NCBI GenBank assembly: GCA_002269645.1
Contig: NIVC01002529.1
Coordinates: 99,798 to 163,797 of the forward strand
Length of the DNA: 64,000 bases
Reading direction: 5' to 3'
Origin: Macrostomum lignano
Lineage: Eukaryota
Shown here: positions 26,201-36,499 of the stretch, piece after piece
Layout of the letters: each line of letters opens with the position of its first letter
Position numbering within the stretch: position 1 is the first letter of the stretch
Notes under the pieces: model-generated
The model's input: the letters and a program-made list of their open reading frames with translations, nothing else
Databases searched by the model: none
Told to the model about the DNA's origin: nothing
Program-made: the position numbers and the translations under genes

Positions 26201-29200
26201 GGAGAAAGGGGGGCTTCGGGACAAAGTCTATAGCGAGGGGGTTGGGGATTTTCGGGAAGCGACACTATATAGCTGCTAGCGCGCATACGCTAGCTGACAC
26301 CTGGAGATAAGGAGGAATAAGGCGGGCAGGGCTTTATGCTGTAGAGGACAAAGTCACTCTTGGCGATAGGGAGGGGGGTGGCCCGTTAGTTGGTGGTGGT
26401 CGCCCAGTTCCCCTCATATTTCATTTTTTATCGCTTTCTAGAAGACGGAGCGAGCGAATAGCGGCTTCTGGCTTTCTTTTTGACTTGGATTTCTTGGCCG
26501 CTTGTGTCTTTAATAGCATGCGCGACACCATTGGCGTTAATAGCCGCGGGTCCAGCGCTGTTCTCTGCTTGTCAGCTCGCGGACGGCCAAATATTTGACT
26601 TGGCAGTAAATGCCGCAAATCGGGACTGCATTCCAAATCTTTGTCATTCTTTTTTGTATTAATGTCCTATGAATAAAGACAGAAACCACAGTTCTTGCGG
26701 CAAAATCAGTTCGCGCTTATCGACATCTCCATCGTCCCCTCCTGTCCGTGTATTCTTCCCCTCCTGTAAGTGTATTCTTCCCAATCTTGTCCGTGTATTC
26801 TTCCCCTCATGTTCGTGTATTCTTCCCCTCCTGTTCGTGTATTCTTCCCCTCCTGTCCGTGTATTCTTCCCCTCCTGTAAGTGTATTCTTCCCAATCTTG
26901 TCCGTGTATTCTTCCCCTCCTGTTCGTGTATTCTTCCCCTCCTGTTCGTGTATTCTTCCCCTCCTGTAAGTGTATTCTTCCCCTCCTGTCTGCGTATTCT
27001 TCCCATCCTGTCCGTGTATTCTTCCCATCCTGTCCGTGTATTCTTCCCATCCTGTCTGCGTATTCTTCCCATCCTGTCCGTGTATTCTTCCCCTCCTGTA
27101 AGTGTATTCTTCCCAATCTTGTCCGTGTATTCTTCCCATCCTGTCCGTGTATTCTTCCCCTCCTGTAAGTGTATTCTTCCCCTCCTGTCTGCGTATTCTT
27201 CCCATCCTGTCCGTGTATTCTTCCCATCCTGTCCGTCTATCCCTTCTCCCATTGTATTGATATTCCATCTCTTCAATATCAATCCGAGACACAATAGGCT
27301 GTCACGTGGCCAAAGCAGGCAGGCACTCATGAAGGCCAGCAAGAAAAATAAGAAGCAGAAGAAGAAGCAGAAGAGTTTTCTTTCCCAATTTTTATTGAGC
27401 GAAATGGTGGGAGGAGCAGCAGCTCAAGCCCAAGCAGAAGAAAGCAAATCTGCTCTGCTCCTAAAAGCTCTCAAGGCTTGTTATGCGCTTTTTAGCTCTT
27501 ATATTAAGCATAAGACTCATTAGGAATTTATATAGTAAAAACAATTTGTCTCAGCCTATGCAACTTCTCTGCACTTCAGTTCCGCGTACTACACTTACCT
27601 GGGCACATAGCAATGTAATCTGCAGGCTATATAGCTCAATGTAACTTGTTTCATGCAAAACATTTGAATAGGTTGCGCAAATTTTAGACCAACTGAAGAC
27701 AGAAAAACGCCCCCAGGCTCTGTTCTGCATATCCCAGAATCCCTCGCCTCATCCTATTGTTTTTCCTTCTCTTTTCCTTTTTTGGCTATAAATTAGGAAA
27801 AGTCAGTCAAGCATTGAAATTGCCTGTGTGTGTGTGTGTGTTGTTTATTCCTCAATGGTTTTTGCCTAAATAGTTTCTCAAGCAGAAATTTTCAGCGCCT
27901 GCAAAAGCATACTGTGAAATGGATAAAAATTGAATATAGAATAAGAAATTACTGCTCATATCTGTCTGCATGCACTGTGTGTGGCCTGCATGCTTCTATA
28001 CTCAAAATACTTAGAAGACTTAAGGCTCAGCAGGGTGCATGAAGTCACAGCCAGCGCAGCACTGTGCAGGCTCGCATATAAAGCACTCAGCCTGCCTGCA
28101 GCAAACGCACAAAAAGAGCAACTGCCGAATAACAGAAGAAAAGAAAAAAGTGTCAGTTTTGCGTTTCTTCATCTTTTCTCTGTCTATAATACTCGTGCCT
28201 CAACCGCTGGCTCATACTTGAGCACGTCCCTCTGACAGAGAATAAGATACAGATTTCAGAGACTGTCTGCTATATGCATCGCGATGGGACACTATATAGC
28301 ACTGTCAGCTGCAAAATATATTAAGTCTGACGGGCCATTTCAGGTGTGAAGAGAACTGCCTGTCTGCCATGCAGTAACTTAGAAAGTGAAGCTCAGCAGG
28401 GGGTTTCGGTGGCTGCTGCCAGGCCACTTAGAGGGTCCCTGGTCGGGTCTCAGCAGTTTCTATATATCTACTCGTATCTTCGTATCCCTTCTCACCCACT
28501 CTCACTCGCCTATATGATCGTCTCATCCAGCCATCTGTCCATGAATGCATCCAAGCGGCTATGCTCTACGCACTTGCATCTATTTATCAACGACAAGTTC
28601 TCCTAGCAGAAGTGACGTCACATCTCCGGGGTAGGGGGGGGACGGGGTTCCTGCTCGACAACATGGCGGCAACAGCTCACTCTCAAGTCTAATTTTAATC
28701 TCGCGATCTCCTCCCGTGCGTAAACTGACAGACTGGGCGGTGGTGAGTGCAAATTTGCATAAATTTAGCATCGAACAGCATCGATATTCGAGTAGCCATG
28801 GTCGGGGGACCATTTTTGTTGTTTGGGCGGGTTTAAAAAATAAATTTAGATTACTAACAGATCGGAACGAATTTCCATCAGATAAGGGGCGGATTCCCAT
28901 CAGATGAGGGGCGGATTTCCACCATTTCAGAGGCGGTTTTGCAGCAGATGAAGGGCGGATTCCCATCAGATGACGGGCGGATTTTCATTAGATAAGGGGC
29001 GGATTTCCATCAGATGAGGGGCGGATTTCCATCAGATGAGGGGCGGATTTCCATCAAATGAGGGGCGGATTTCCATCAGATGAGGGGCGGATTTCCATCA
29101 AATGAGGGGCGGATTTCCATCAGATAAGTTCCATCAGATGAGGGGCGGATTTCCATCAGATAAGTTCCATCAGATGAGGGGCGGATTTCCATCAGATAAG

Positions 29201-30584
29201 TTCCATCAGATGAGGGGCGGATTTCCATCAGATGAGGGGCCGATTTCCATCAGATAAGTTCCATCAGATGAGGGGCGGATTTCCATCAAATGAGGGGCGG
29301 ATTTCCATCAGATGAGGGACGGATTTCCATCAGATAAGTTCCATCAGATGAGGGGCCGATTTCCATCAGATGAGGGCGGATTTCCATCAGATGAGGGGCG
29401 GATTTCCATCAGATGAAGGGCGGATTTCCATCAGATGAGGGACGGATTTCCATCAGATGAGGAGCGGATTTCCATCAGATGAGGGGCGGATTTCCATCAG
29501 ACAATGGGCGGATTTCGGGCAGTTAAATTATGGAGTCAATGCAGACCCAATCCAAAGCTCACCAGTCCTGCCTCCTCGGCCAGTTTTGTGCGCCATCTGC
29601 TGGTGATGAAGCTGCCCAGCCGCTGCCTGCTGCTGCTGCAGGAAGTCCTGCCTGAGCATGGGGCCGCACCTGCTGCTGACGTAGTCTTGCTTGCAGACAA
29701 ATTTGTTCTCGTCGAATACGACCAGCTCCTCGCCCGTGATGAGCTGCTTTCGGCACACCATGCAGGTGAAGCAGCCCAGGTGGAACACTTTGTTGCGCGC
29801 CTTTCGAACCAGATCGTTCGGCGAGATGCCCTCCGAGCAACCGGCGCATTTTGTGCCAAATCGCCTGCGAGGGAAGGCGAGGAATGAGGGGGGGGGGTAA
29901 ATGAGACTGGGCGTGTGCTCCTGGCTTTGATGAGTTGAAGTTTTGTAAAAGATAAGATAGGGATAAACTGAACGAAAAGAGTTTAAAGGAAGAGAGGAAG
30001 CAAGAATTAGGGAGAGAAGAGAGGCAGAGAGGAGAGAGTAGAATAGAAGTAAGAGTAGAGGTAGACATGAGAGAGTAGAGTAGAAGTAGAGACTCGAAAG
30101 GTATAGAAGTAGAGAGGTGAGATAGAGAGGTAGAGAGAGGTAGAGAGGTAGAGAGGTAGAAGTAGAGAGGTAGAGAGGAGAGAGGAGGGAGGAGAGAGGC
30201 AAGCAAAGGAAAGATAAAGAGAACACAGGTAGACAGAAGAGACTTGAGACAGACGGAGAGACAGAAGTAGAGAGAGGCAGAGAGAGGGTAGAGGGAGATG
30301 CAGTTGCAGACAGTATACAAGAAAGCACAAAGGGGAGAATGCCCAAGCCTCGAGTGTTGGAGTGGAAAGCAGAAGAACTGAAACATGGGTCTCAAACGCA
30401 AGCTCAGTGCTGACCTGAAGAAGTCGGCTCGGCAGTAGAGGCGGCCATCTCTGCTGAAGCATTTGTCGCTGAGCTCCTGACCGCAGTCGCTGCACTGCAG
30501 GCAGGCCGCGTGCCAGGACTGGTCCAGCACGCTCAGCAGGTACTGGTCGAATATCTGCCGGTTACACCCGGCACAGATCACCAT
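18345..30584 (-). CDS. lhx1/5: LIM-homeobox transcription factor Lhx1/5 (Lim1), six coding exons, 600 aa
   Basis: Exons (minus): 30584-30415 (LIM1, [10 protein letters not shown]...DFFR), 29864-29563 (LIM2, RFGTKCAGC...KQDY), 23548-22788 (linker + [47 protein letters not shown]), 21678-21510 ([23 protein letters not shown]...), 20876-20742 and 18610-18345 (Pro-rich, ends ATESW*). All introns are GT-AG with compatible phases (2,1,0,1,1). Total 1803 nt = 601 codons. The homeodomain and post-homeodomain sequence are diagnostic for Lhx1/5. Confidence 0.97.
20905..21468. repeat. 24-bp minisatellite (CCATGCTGTCTATGGTAGCTATTC/A) filling Lhx1/5 intron 4
   Basis: 24-bp period, ~23 copies, inside intron 21509-20877. 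Confidence 0.96.
25590..26020. repeat. Degenerate CTAG/TCTAGA/AGATCT-rich low-complexity repeat
   Basis: Dense recurrence of ctagat, atctag and tacct words without a clean period. Confidence 0.7.
26741..27237. repeat. 22-bp minisatellite (TCCGTGTATTCTTCCCCTCCTG)
   Basis: 22-bp period. It explains the [10 protein letters not shown] and VYSSPP ORFs. It lies in Lhx1/5 intron 2. Confidence 0.95.
28865..29517. repeat. 22-bp minisatellite (ATTTCCATCAGATGAGGGGCGG) next to the Lhx1/5 exon-2 donor
   Basis: 22-bp period with some 13-bp insert variants. It starts ~45 nt inside intron 2. Confidence 0.95.
29990..30300. repeat. Purine-rich (AG/AGT) low-complexity tract in Lhx1/5 intron 1
   Basis: Almost exclusively A/G on the plus strand. 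Confidence 0.85.
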
Positions 30585-31044
30585 GGCTTTGCTGGTTGCT
30601 ATGCAGGCGGTGTTAGCTTGGAAGCCAGGCGGATAACTTTCCCTTTTCTTATAAGCTCGTGCGAAACACTTGCGTCTCTAATTCTGTCTCAACTCTCTGC
30701 CCCTCTGCCAGGCGTTTTTAGAGTTGGCCCAAGCCCGGGAAAGCCTTGAGTGGCCGGAGCTGAGGGCCACTATGGGGCCAAATATTGCTTGCACTGGACT
30801 GGGCCGGTCGCTTCATTGGCGGGCGCGGGCCTGGGAGGCTGGGTTGGCGCTGGCCCGGATTGGCCTGGCCGGAGCTGGGCTTCCCCGCCTCTCGCTCCCC
30901 AGCCAGCCAACTCTATTGCGATTCTTCCCTAGCTGGTGGAACAGCCCCCTCTCAAATGATGCTTAACTGCTATGGGGGGGGGGGTGACCCATCTAGGGGA
31001 GATCAAGGTGGTCAAAGACCCCTGCAGGACGAAACACAAATACA

Positions 31045-31395
31045 GGCGCTTAATTGGCGCTAGAAACCCGTCTAAGAGCGCGCTTAATTGGCGCTAGAAT
31101 CCCGTCTAGGGCGCGCTTAATTGGCGCTAGAATCTCGTCTATGGCACTTAATTGGCGCTAGAATCCCGTCTAAGGCGGCTAATTGGCGCTAGAATCCCGT
31201 CTAAAGCGGCTAATTGGCGCTAGAATCCCGTGTAAGGGCGCGCATAATTGGCGCTAGAATCCCGTCTAGTGCACTAAATTGGCGCTAGAATCCCGTCTAG
31301 TGCGCTAAATTGGCGCTAGAATCCCGTCTATGGCGATTAATTGGCGCTAGAATCCCGTCTAGGGCGCGCTTAATTGGCGCTATGATCCCGTCTAG
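31045..31395. repeat. 31-34 bp tandem array, 11 copies, each with T(A)AATTGGCGCTA; candidate upstream regulatory array of Lhx1/5
   Basis: TAATTGG occurs at 31051, 31085, 31118, 31149, 31180, 31211, 31245, 31338 and 31371, plus two TAAATTGG variants. The array is ~460-810 bp upstream of the ATG. Confidence 0.9.
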
Positions 31396-32320
31396 GCCGC
31401 GTGAACATAGATGATCAAAATGAATTGCAGCAAACGAAAGTTATCCCAAATTGAGTGAGAAGATGCTCCGTCTATCTTTTTATGTATAAAAAAATAATGG
31501 ATTACAGACTGAACATGAGGAAAATTTGGGATGGGGCAGGCCAGTGTCCTGCAGGTAAGCGAAGCGAACAAAGAGGCTTCCAGGCATAACTATAAAGTTT
31601 ATATTTGTCTTTTCAAGCATACACCATAGGTGGTCAATGCGTGGCCTTTTCTGCATAATGCAAAGTGAACAAGTTGAGCAATTTTATACGACGCCAGAGA
31701 CAAATATAATATAATAATGTGATGCTGAAGCAATGCCCGACGACAATATAGACTTGCAGCCGTCAGAGACTGCATTGTGAGCACTGTGCGTCATGTGAAA
31801 CCGAAGCACAGGGGTTATACATGTACAAGGTTGCAGCGCGATTCAAACGATGCCAGAGAACTATAGTGTCATAAAAACTGGCTGCCCTGAGTAGTTACTC
31901 CAGCCCCCGCACACAGCAGCACTTCTGAGCGGCACCTCTGTTATGCAGTGGCTTCAATATATCATCGCCTCGTTTTTAACACAATTGTAGCTGCATAGCT
32001 GCCTGCAATATTGACCAATCTTTTCGCTCAATATGAGATTTAATAGAGCTCGTATGGCTATTGTACTCAGAAACTGCAGCCTCTTTTTATTTGACACCTG
32101 AATTTGCACCTCAAACCCCTCAAGGTGCAGGGCCTCACAACTGACTGAAGCTCTAGCTCGTACACGGGTGGCGTTCGAAACATTGGTTAAAATAAACAAT
32201 GAAAAGTTTGCTGAAAGCGCGAAAACTTACATTTCTACTAACAGTAGAGAAGTTGAGATTTTTCCCATTAAAATGGGGTGTACAACAATGCGTATATTTT
32301 TTCGTATATTTTTTTCCTTA

Positions 32321-32321
<1 letters not shown>

Positions 32322-32353
<32 letters not shown>

Positions 32354-35130
32354 AATACGCGTCTCAGCATGCAAGGTTAGAGCAGGGTGCGTCAGATGGC
32401 GCGTCGCAGTCAGTAGCCCTCTTTTCGTATCCGCCAGTTGAAGTCACCGCCGGCGCAGGATAATGGACGCGCGCTGCAGCTTGGCCCGATCGTATAAGGC
32501 CTCGGTCCCGATGCTCTAATTAGCTCGAAAGGCCTCACGGAGCAGCCCTGAGTGCGCCGAGTCCAGCTGCCCCTCCAGCGTAGCCGTCAGCGTCCACGTC
32601 TCGGCGTTGTAGAGCAGGACGGTTTCGACCACCGCCTGCCACAGCCGAGCAGGAGGACGGCTCGGATCGAATGGAAGGCCGCCCAGGCAAATTCTCTGCG
32701 CCGCCGGAAAGACCTCCACGTGAGGCACCAGACCGCCGAGGTAGGTGAACCGCTGGCAGCATGCGAGCTTGGTCGTCTGCCCGTCTGCGCCGCGGCACGT
32801 CAGGTCTGCTGGGATGTCGGCCGGCACAGTCAGTACCTCGGTCTTCAGCGTGTTGACAACCAGACCGACGCTCGATGCCACCTCGACCAGCCTGTCGATC
32901 TGGCGCTGGGCGCCTTCAATGGACGAGGACAGGAGGGCGAGGTCCTCGGTATCGCCAAGCACGCTCAGGCGCTTTTCGCCGTGGCGGCGACCGATGCGTC
33001 TGGGCAGCGGGAAGCCGTCGATAGTCGAGGGGAGTGCAGTCCGAAGCACCCAGTCCAGCAGCAGCACGAAGAGGAACGGCGCTAGCGTGTCGCCCTGCAG
33101 AACTCCTGATGAAGTGTCTAACAGGCCGTCCGCCGTCACCACAGCAGCTCGAGTATCGCAATACAGCGCCATGACAGCGTCGATTAGCTGCTGGGGTATC
33201 CGGTAGGCTCGAAGGACAAAGGGAAGCGCGGCCCTCAACACCGAGTCAAACGCCTTTCGAAAGTCAACGAAGACAATGATCAGCGTAGACTGGCGGATGC
33301 GCGCCTCCTCAATGACACGGCGGAGTGCGAGGATCTGTGTCACTGTACCGCGTTGCGGCCGGAATCCGTTCTGCTCGTACCGCAGGTACGGGTCCAGCAC
33401 CGACTGCAGACGATCGAGCAGCAGCCGGTTGAAGAGCTTTGCGGTGCAGGACATCAGCGAGATCCCGCGGTGGTCTTCCTTCCGCGTTGTCCCTGCCTTC
33501 TTCGAGATCGGCTCGATGTGCGCGACGGTCCACTCGGTGGGCGCAGGAGCGCCGGGGAGCACGCGGTTCATGACGCCTGTGACCTGGGAGGCCACACAGC
33601 GGAGCCGCAGCGCTTCGACCGGGACTTCGTCGGGGCCGATTACCTTGCCGCCAGATGATTTCCGAGCGAACAGCACAACGTCCTCCGTGGTGAGTCCTGC
33701 GGCGTGTCCAGTGGGAGCGCAAAGCTGGCGTGCAGCGGCGATGCGGGCGCGTTTACAACAACACAACAACAACAAAATACATTGTCAGCCAGTCAAGCTT
33801 GGGACAATGTCACATGGCACATTTCAAGGCCTGGGCGCGAACTTCGGCCGCACCGCCGGCAGTGTCCGGGGCGCCGGCATCAGTCAGCAGGCAGCGCGTT
33901 CACGATGCTGGCGAAGAAGTCGCGCAATTCATTCTTGCGCTCCTCCGGGGTGTCGCCGGCCAGGTTCAGCGCCACGCGCTTTTGCGCCCCGTCAGAGTCC
34001 GGACGGCCGTCCACACTGCGCGGCTCTTTGAGTCGGGGCCGGCTGAAGTGATGGTCCGGACGGCGTCGTCGACAGCAACCTGCTGCCGCTTGTCTAGAAG
34101 GTGCTCAAACGCGTCTTTAGCGTCGCCCGTAGACCGCCGATTTCTGCTGAGTCGCTCGATGTTCAGCCGCGCTTGCCTGATGGTCGGGTCGCTCTGTTAG
34201 ACTGGCAGCGATTTCTGCGCTGGCCGCATCAGTGGGACCGTCTGCTCCGCAGCGGCTCTAACGGCGGTGCTGATGTCGGAATACTCCGCCTCGCGCTGGT
34301 CTCCAAGCGCGCCGACGAAGGCGCCCGCGAATTGACGCTTCACGCGGGTGTCCAACAGAGCGCGATAGTAGCGCCGTGGCCGCTGCTTTGGCGGTCGGTA
34401 GAGCTGGTCGCGGAGCCGCAAGTCGCAGATCAGGAGTCGGTGGTCTGACCGGAGAGCCAGCGGAGCCATGGCGGCGCTCGCGAGTGCGAACCAGCGCATG
34501 ATCGAGTTGCGCCAGTCTCCTCGTGGCGTTCCGCCCGCGTGCGTCCCGCCGCCTTCTCTTGCAGCTAGCAAAGGTGACCAGGCGGGCAGGGGGCTTGCGG
34601 AACTGGGTGTTCGTGGACACTAGGGTCACAGCCGGTCAAGCAGGTCCTCCAGTGCATCGGTGTTGGCGACATCGGTGTCGCGTCCCGCGACAAAGGGCGA
34701 GCGCTCTGACCTTTGCGGGACTGCGTTCAGGTCTCCGAGCACCGCCAGCGTGTTGCGGTTTGGCACCTCTTCCAGCTGCCCAGCCAGGAAGTCGAAGAAG
34801 GCGCGAGCGTACGTGCATACGCGCAGAACAGCCGAATGCAGTGGGTGCGCAGTCGCAGGTCGACCCGCATCAGTCGCAGAAACAGCGAAGTGCAATGCAC
34901 GCGCTGCTGAAGGCGCGGTCCAATCAGTACGCCGACACCGCCCCGGCCGCGGTCGTCTCCCGACGTGTACAGGAAGCTCCAGCCGGCTCCGAGGTCCTCA
35001 GAGTGGAGCCCCGGCTAAGCCACGATAGAAATCTCCTGCAGCATGATGAGGTCCAGCTGGACGAGAATGATGCGACGCCAGGGGGCCTTCAGAGTACGGC
35101 TGTTCATTGTGCCGAGTCTGAGGCGCGGCC
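32322..35130 (-). mobile_element. Decayed RTE-like non-LTR retrotransposon (APE endonuclease + reverse transcriptase)
   Basis: Endonuclease motifs on the minus strand: RLGTMNSRTL...LQE (~35125-35035), LGDLNA, SDHRLL. RT motifs: GPDEVP, RGISL, EQNGFR, FVDFRKAFDSV, GVLQGDTLAPFLF, and a degraded YADD (GDTEDL). There are frameshifts, and a 3' tail GTATTTT(GTT)n at 32358-32322. Confidence 0.9.
33754..33893 (-). mobile_element. 140-bp 5'-truncated retroposon end nested in the RTE ORF
   Basis: Flanked by the 7-bp direct repeat GCGCGTT (33747-33753 and 33894-33900). It ends in the same GTATTTT(GTT)n tail as the host element. Confidence 0.7.
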
Positions 35131-35135
35131 ACCTG

Positions 35136-35483
35136 CCTTTCAACTCATTTCATTACCCTCAACTCATTGCCTTTCAGCTCATTTCATTACCCTCAACTCA
35201 TTGCCTTTCAGCTCATTTCATTACCCTCAACTCATTGCCTTTCAGCTCATTTCATTACCCTCAACTCATTGCCTTTCAGCTCATTTCATTACCCTCAACT
35301 CATTGCCTTTCAGCTCATTTCATTACCCTCAACTCATTGCCTTTCAGCTCATTTCATTACCCTCAACTCATTGCCTTTCAGCTCATTTCATTACCCTCAA
35401 CTCATTGCCTTTCAGCTCATTTCATTACCCTCAACTCATTGCCTTTCAGCTCATTTCATTACCCTCAACTCATTGCCTTTCAA
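35136..35483. repeat. 34-bp minisatellite (CCTTTCAGCTCATTTCATTACCCTCAACTCATTG), ~10 copies
   Basis: 34-bp period, abutting the 5' end of the RTE element. Confidence 0.96.
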
Positions 35484-35819
35484 GTCAACTGATTGCTTTC
35501 AGCAGAGTTCTTTGAATGGAAAATGTCAGTAGCTTCACCCTTTCTCTTCAAGGCAAAAAGTTTGAATTGTATATACTAAGGTAGATAAGCCTCAACGCAA
35601 TCAGTCACACAGGCAGAACTCTCCAACGCACATAACGGCCAACAGTCGCCATAAATTACAAATCTATTAATTGGCACAGATAAAATTGTCATTAAGACAG
35701 ACGGGGTGCACGTGTCCAGCGATTTCTAGCGTATGTCAAAACCAACCGGGACCAATTTTTTGTCTATGGCAGAACCCCATTCCGCGCTGTGCGTTCTCTC
35801 TAGGCCGACTGCAGTTCTT

Positions 35820-35821
<2 letters not shown>

Positions 35822-35903
<82 letters not shown>
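35822..35903. repeat. (CA)n microsatellite
   Basis: Direct inspection. Confidence 0.97.
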
Positions 35904-35904
<1 letters not shown>

Positions 35905-36352
35905 AGTAAAAATTCTATACTGCATTTTAGCCATTGACTTTGAAGCTACTTTCGATAAAAGTGAGAGACAAGCCAGATCTACTATGGTGCTCAAGCCTAT
36001 AAGCTAGAGTAGACGATTGGGGGGTGGGGCTTGGGTGCTGTACGCGCACGGGCGCAGCCGCACGTTGCAAGCACCCCCCCCCCTCTAAAACAAACATGGG
36101 CGATGAGCACAGCATAGAAAGTGCAGCATAGAATGCTCACAGAAGTTTGTCAAACTCATTTTCAGTGACGTAAAATTCCACTGATACTAAAAACCACACT
36201 ATCTCATAGTCATCATGGAGTTCGCATGGAGTCTTTAAATGGGGGGGGGGTTCGGCCAAGTGTTGTTCTTCCAATCGTCTGGCCCCAGCAGTCCTTGGCC
36301 TGGCAACGGGTGAGATTAAGTGTCTGCCCGAGTGGACCAATGATAGGCATGG

Positions 36353-36383
<31 letters not shown>

Positions 36384-36499
36384 TCTCCAGACTGAGAGGC
36401 CACGTATAAATACGACTAAGGGGCTCAGTGAAGAGCCAGTTAATTAATTTAAATCTGTTGAGTCGACACAGTAACCAACCAACGAAAGCAAACTGCAAG

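Noticed and set aside
26659-27523. ORFs of 160-280 aa ([10 protein letters not shown] etc.)
   Set aside because: Artefacts of the 22-bp array.
31045-31395. CRISPR-like appearance of conserved cores with variable spacers
   Set aside because: The variable parts are only ~8-11 bp and related to each other, the context is eukaryotic, and there are no cas genes.
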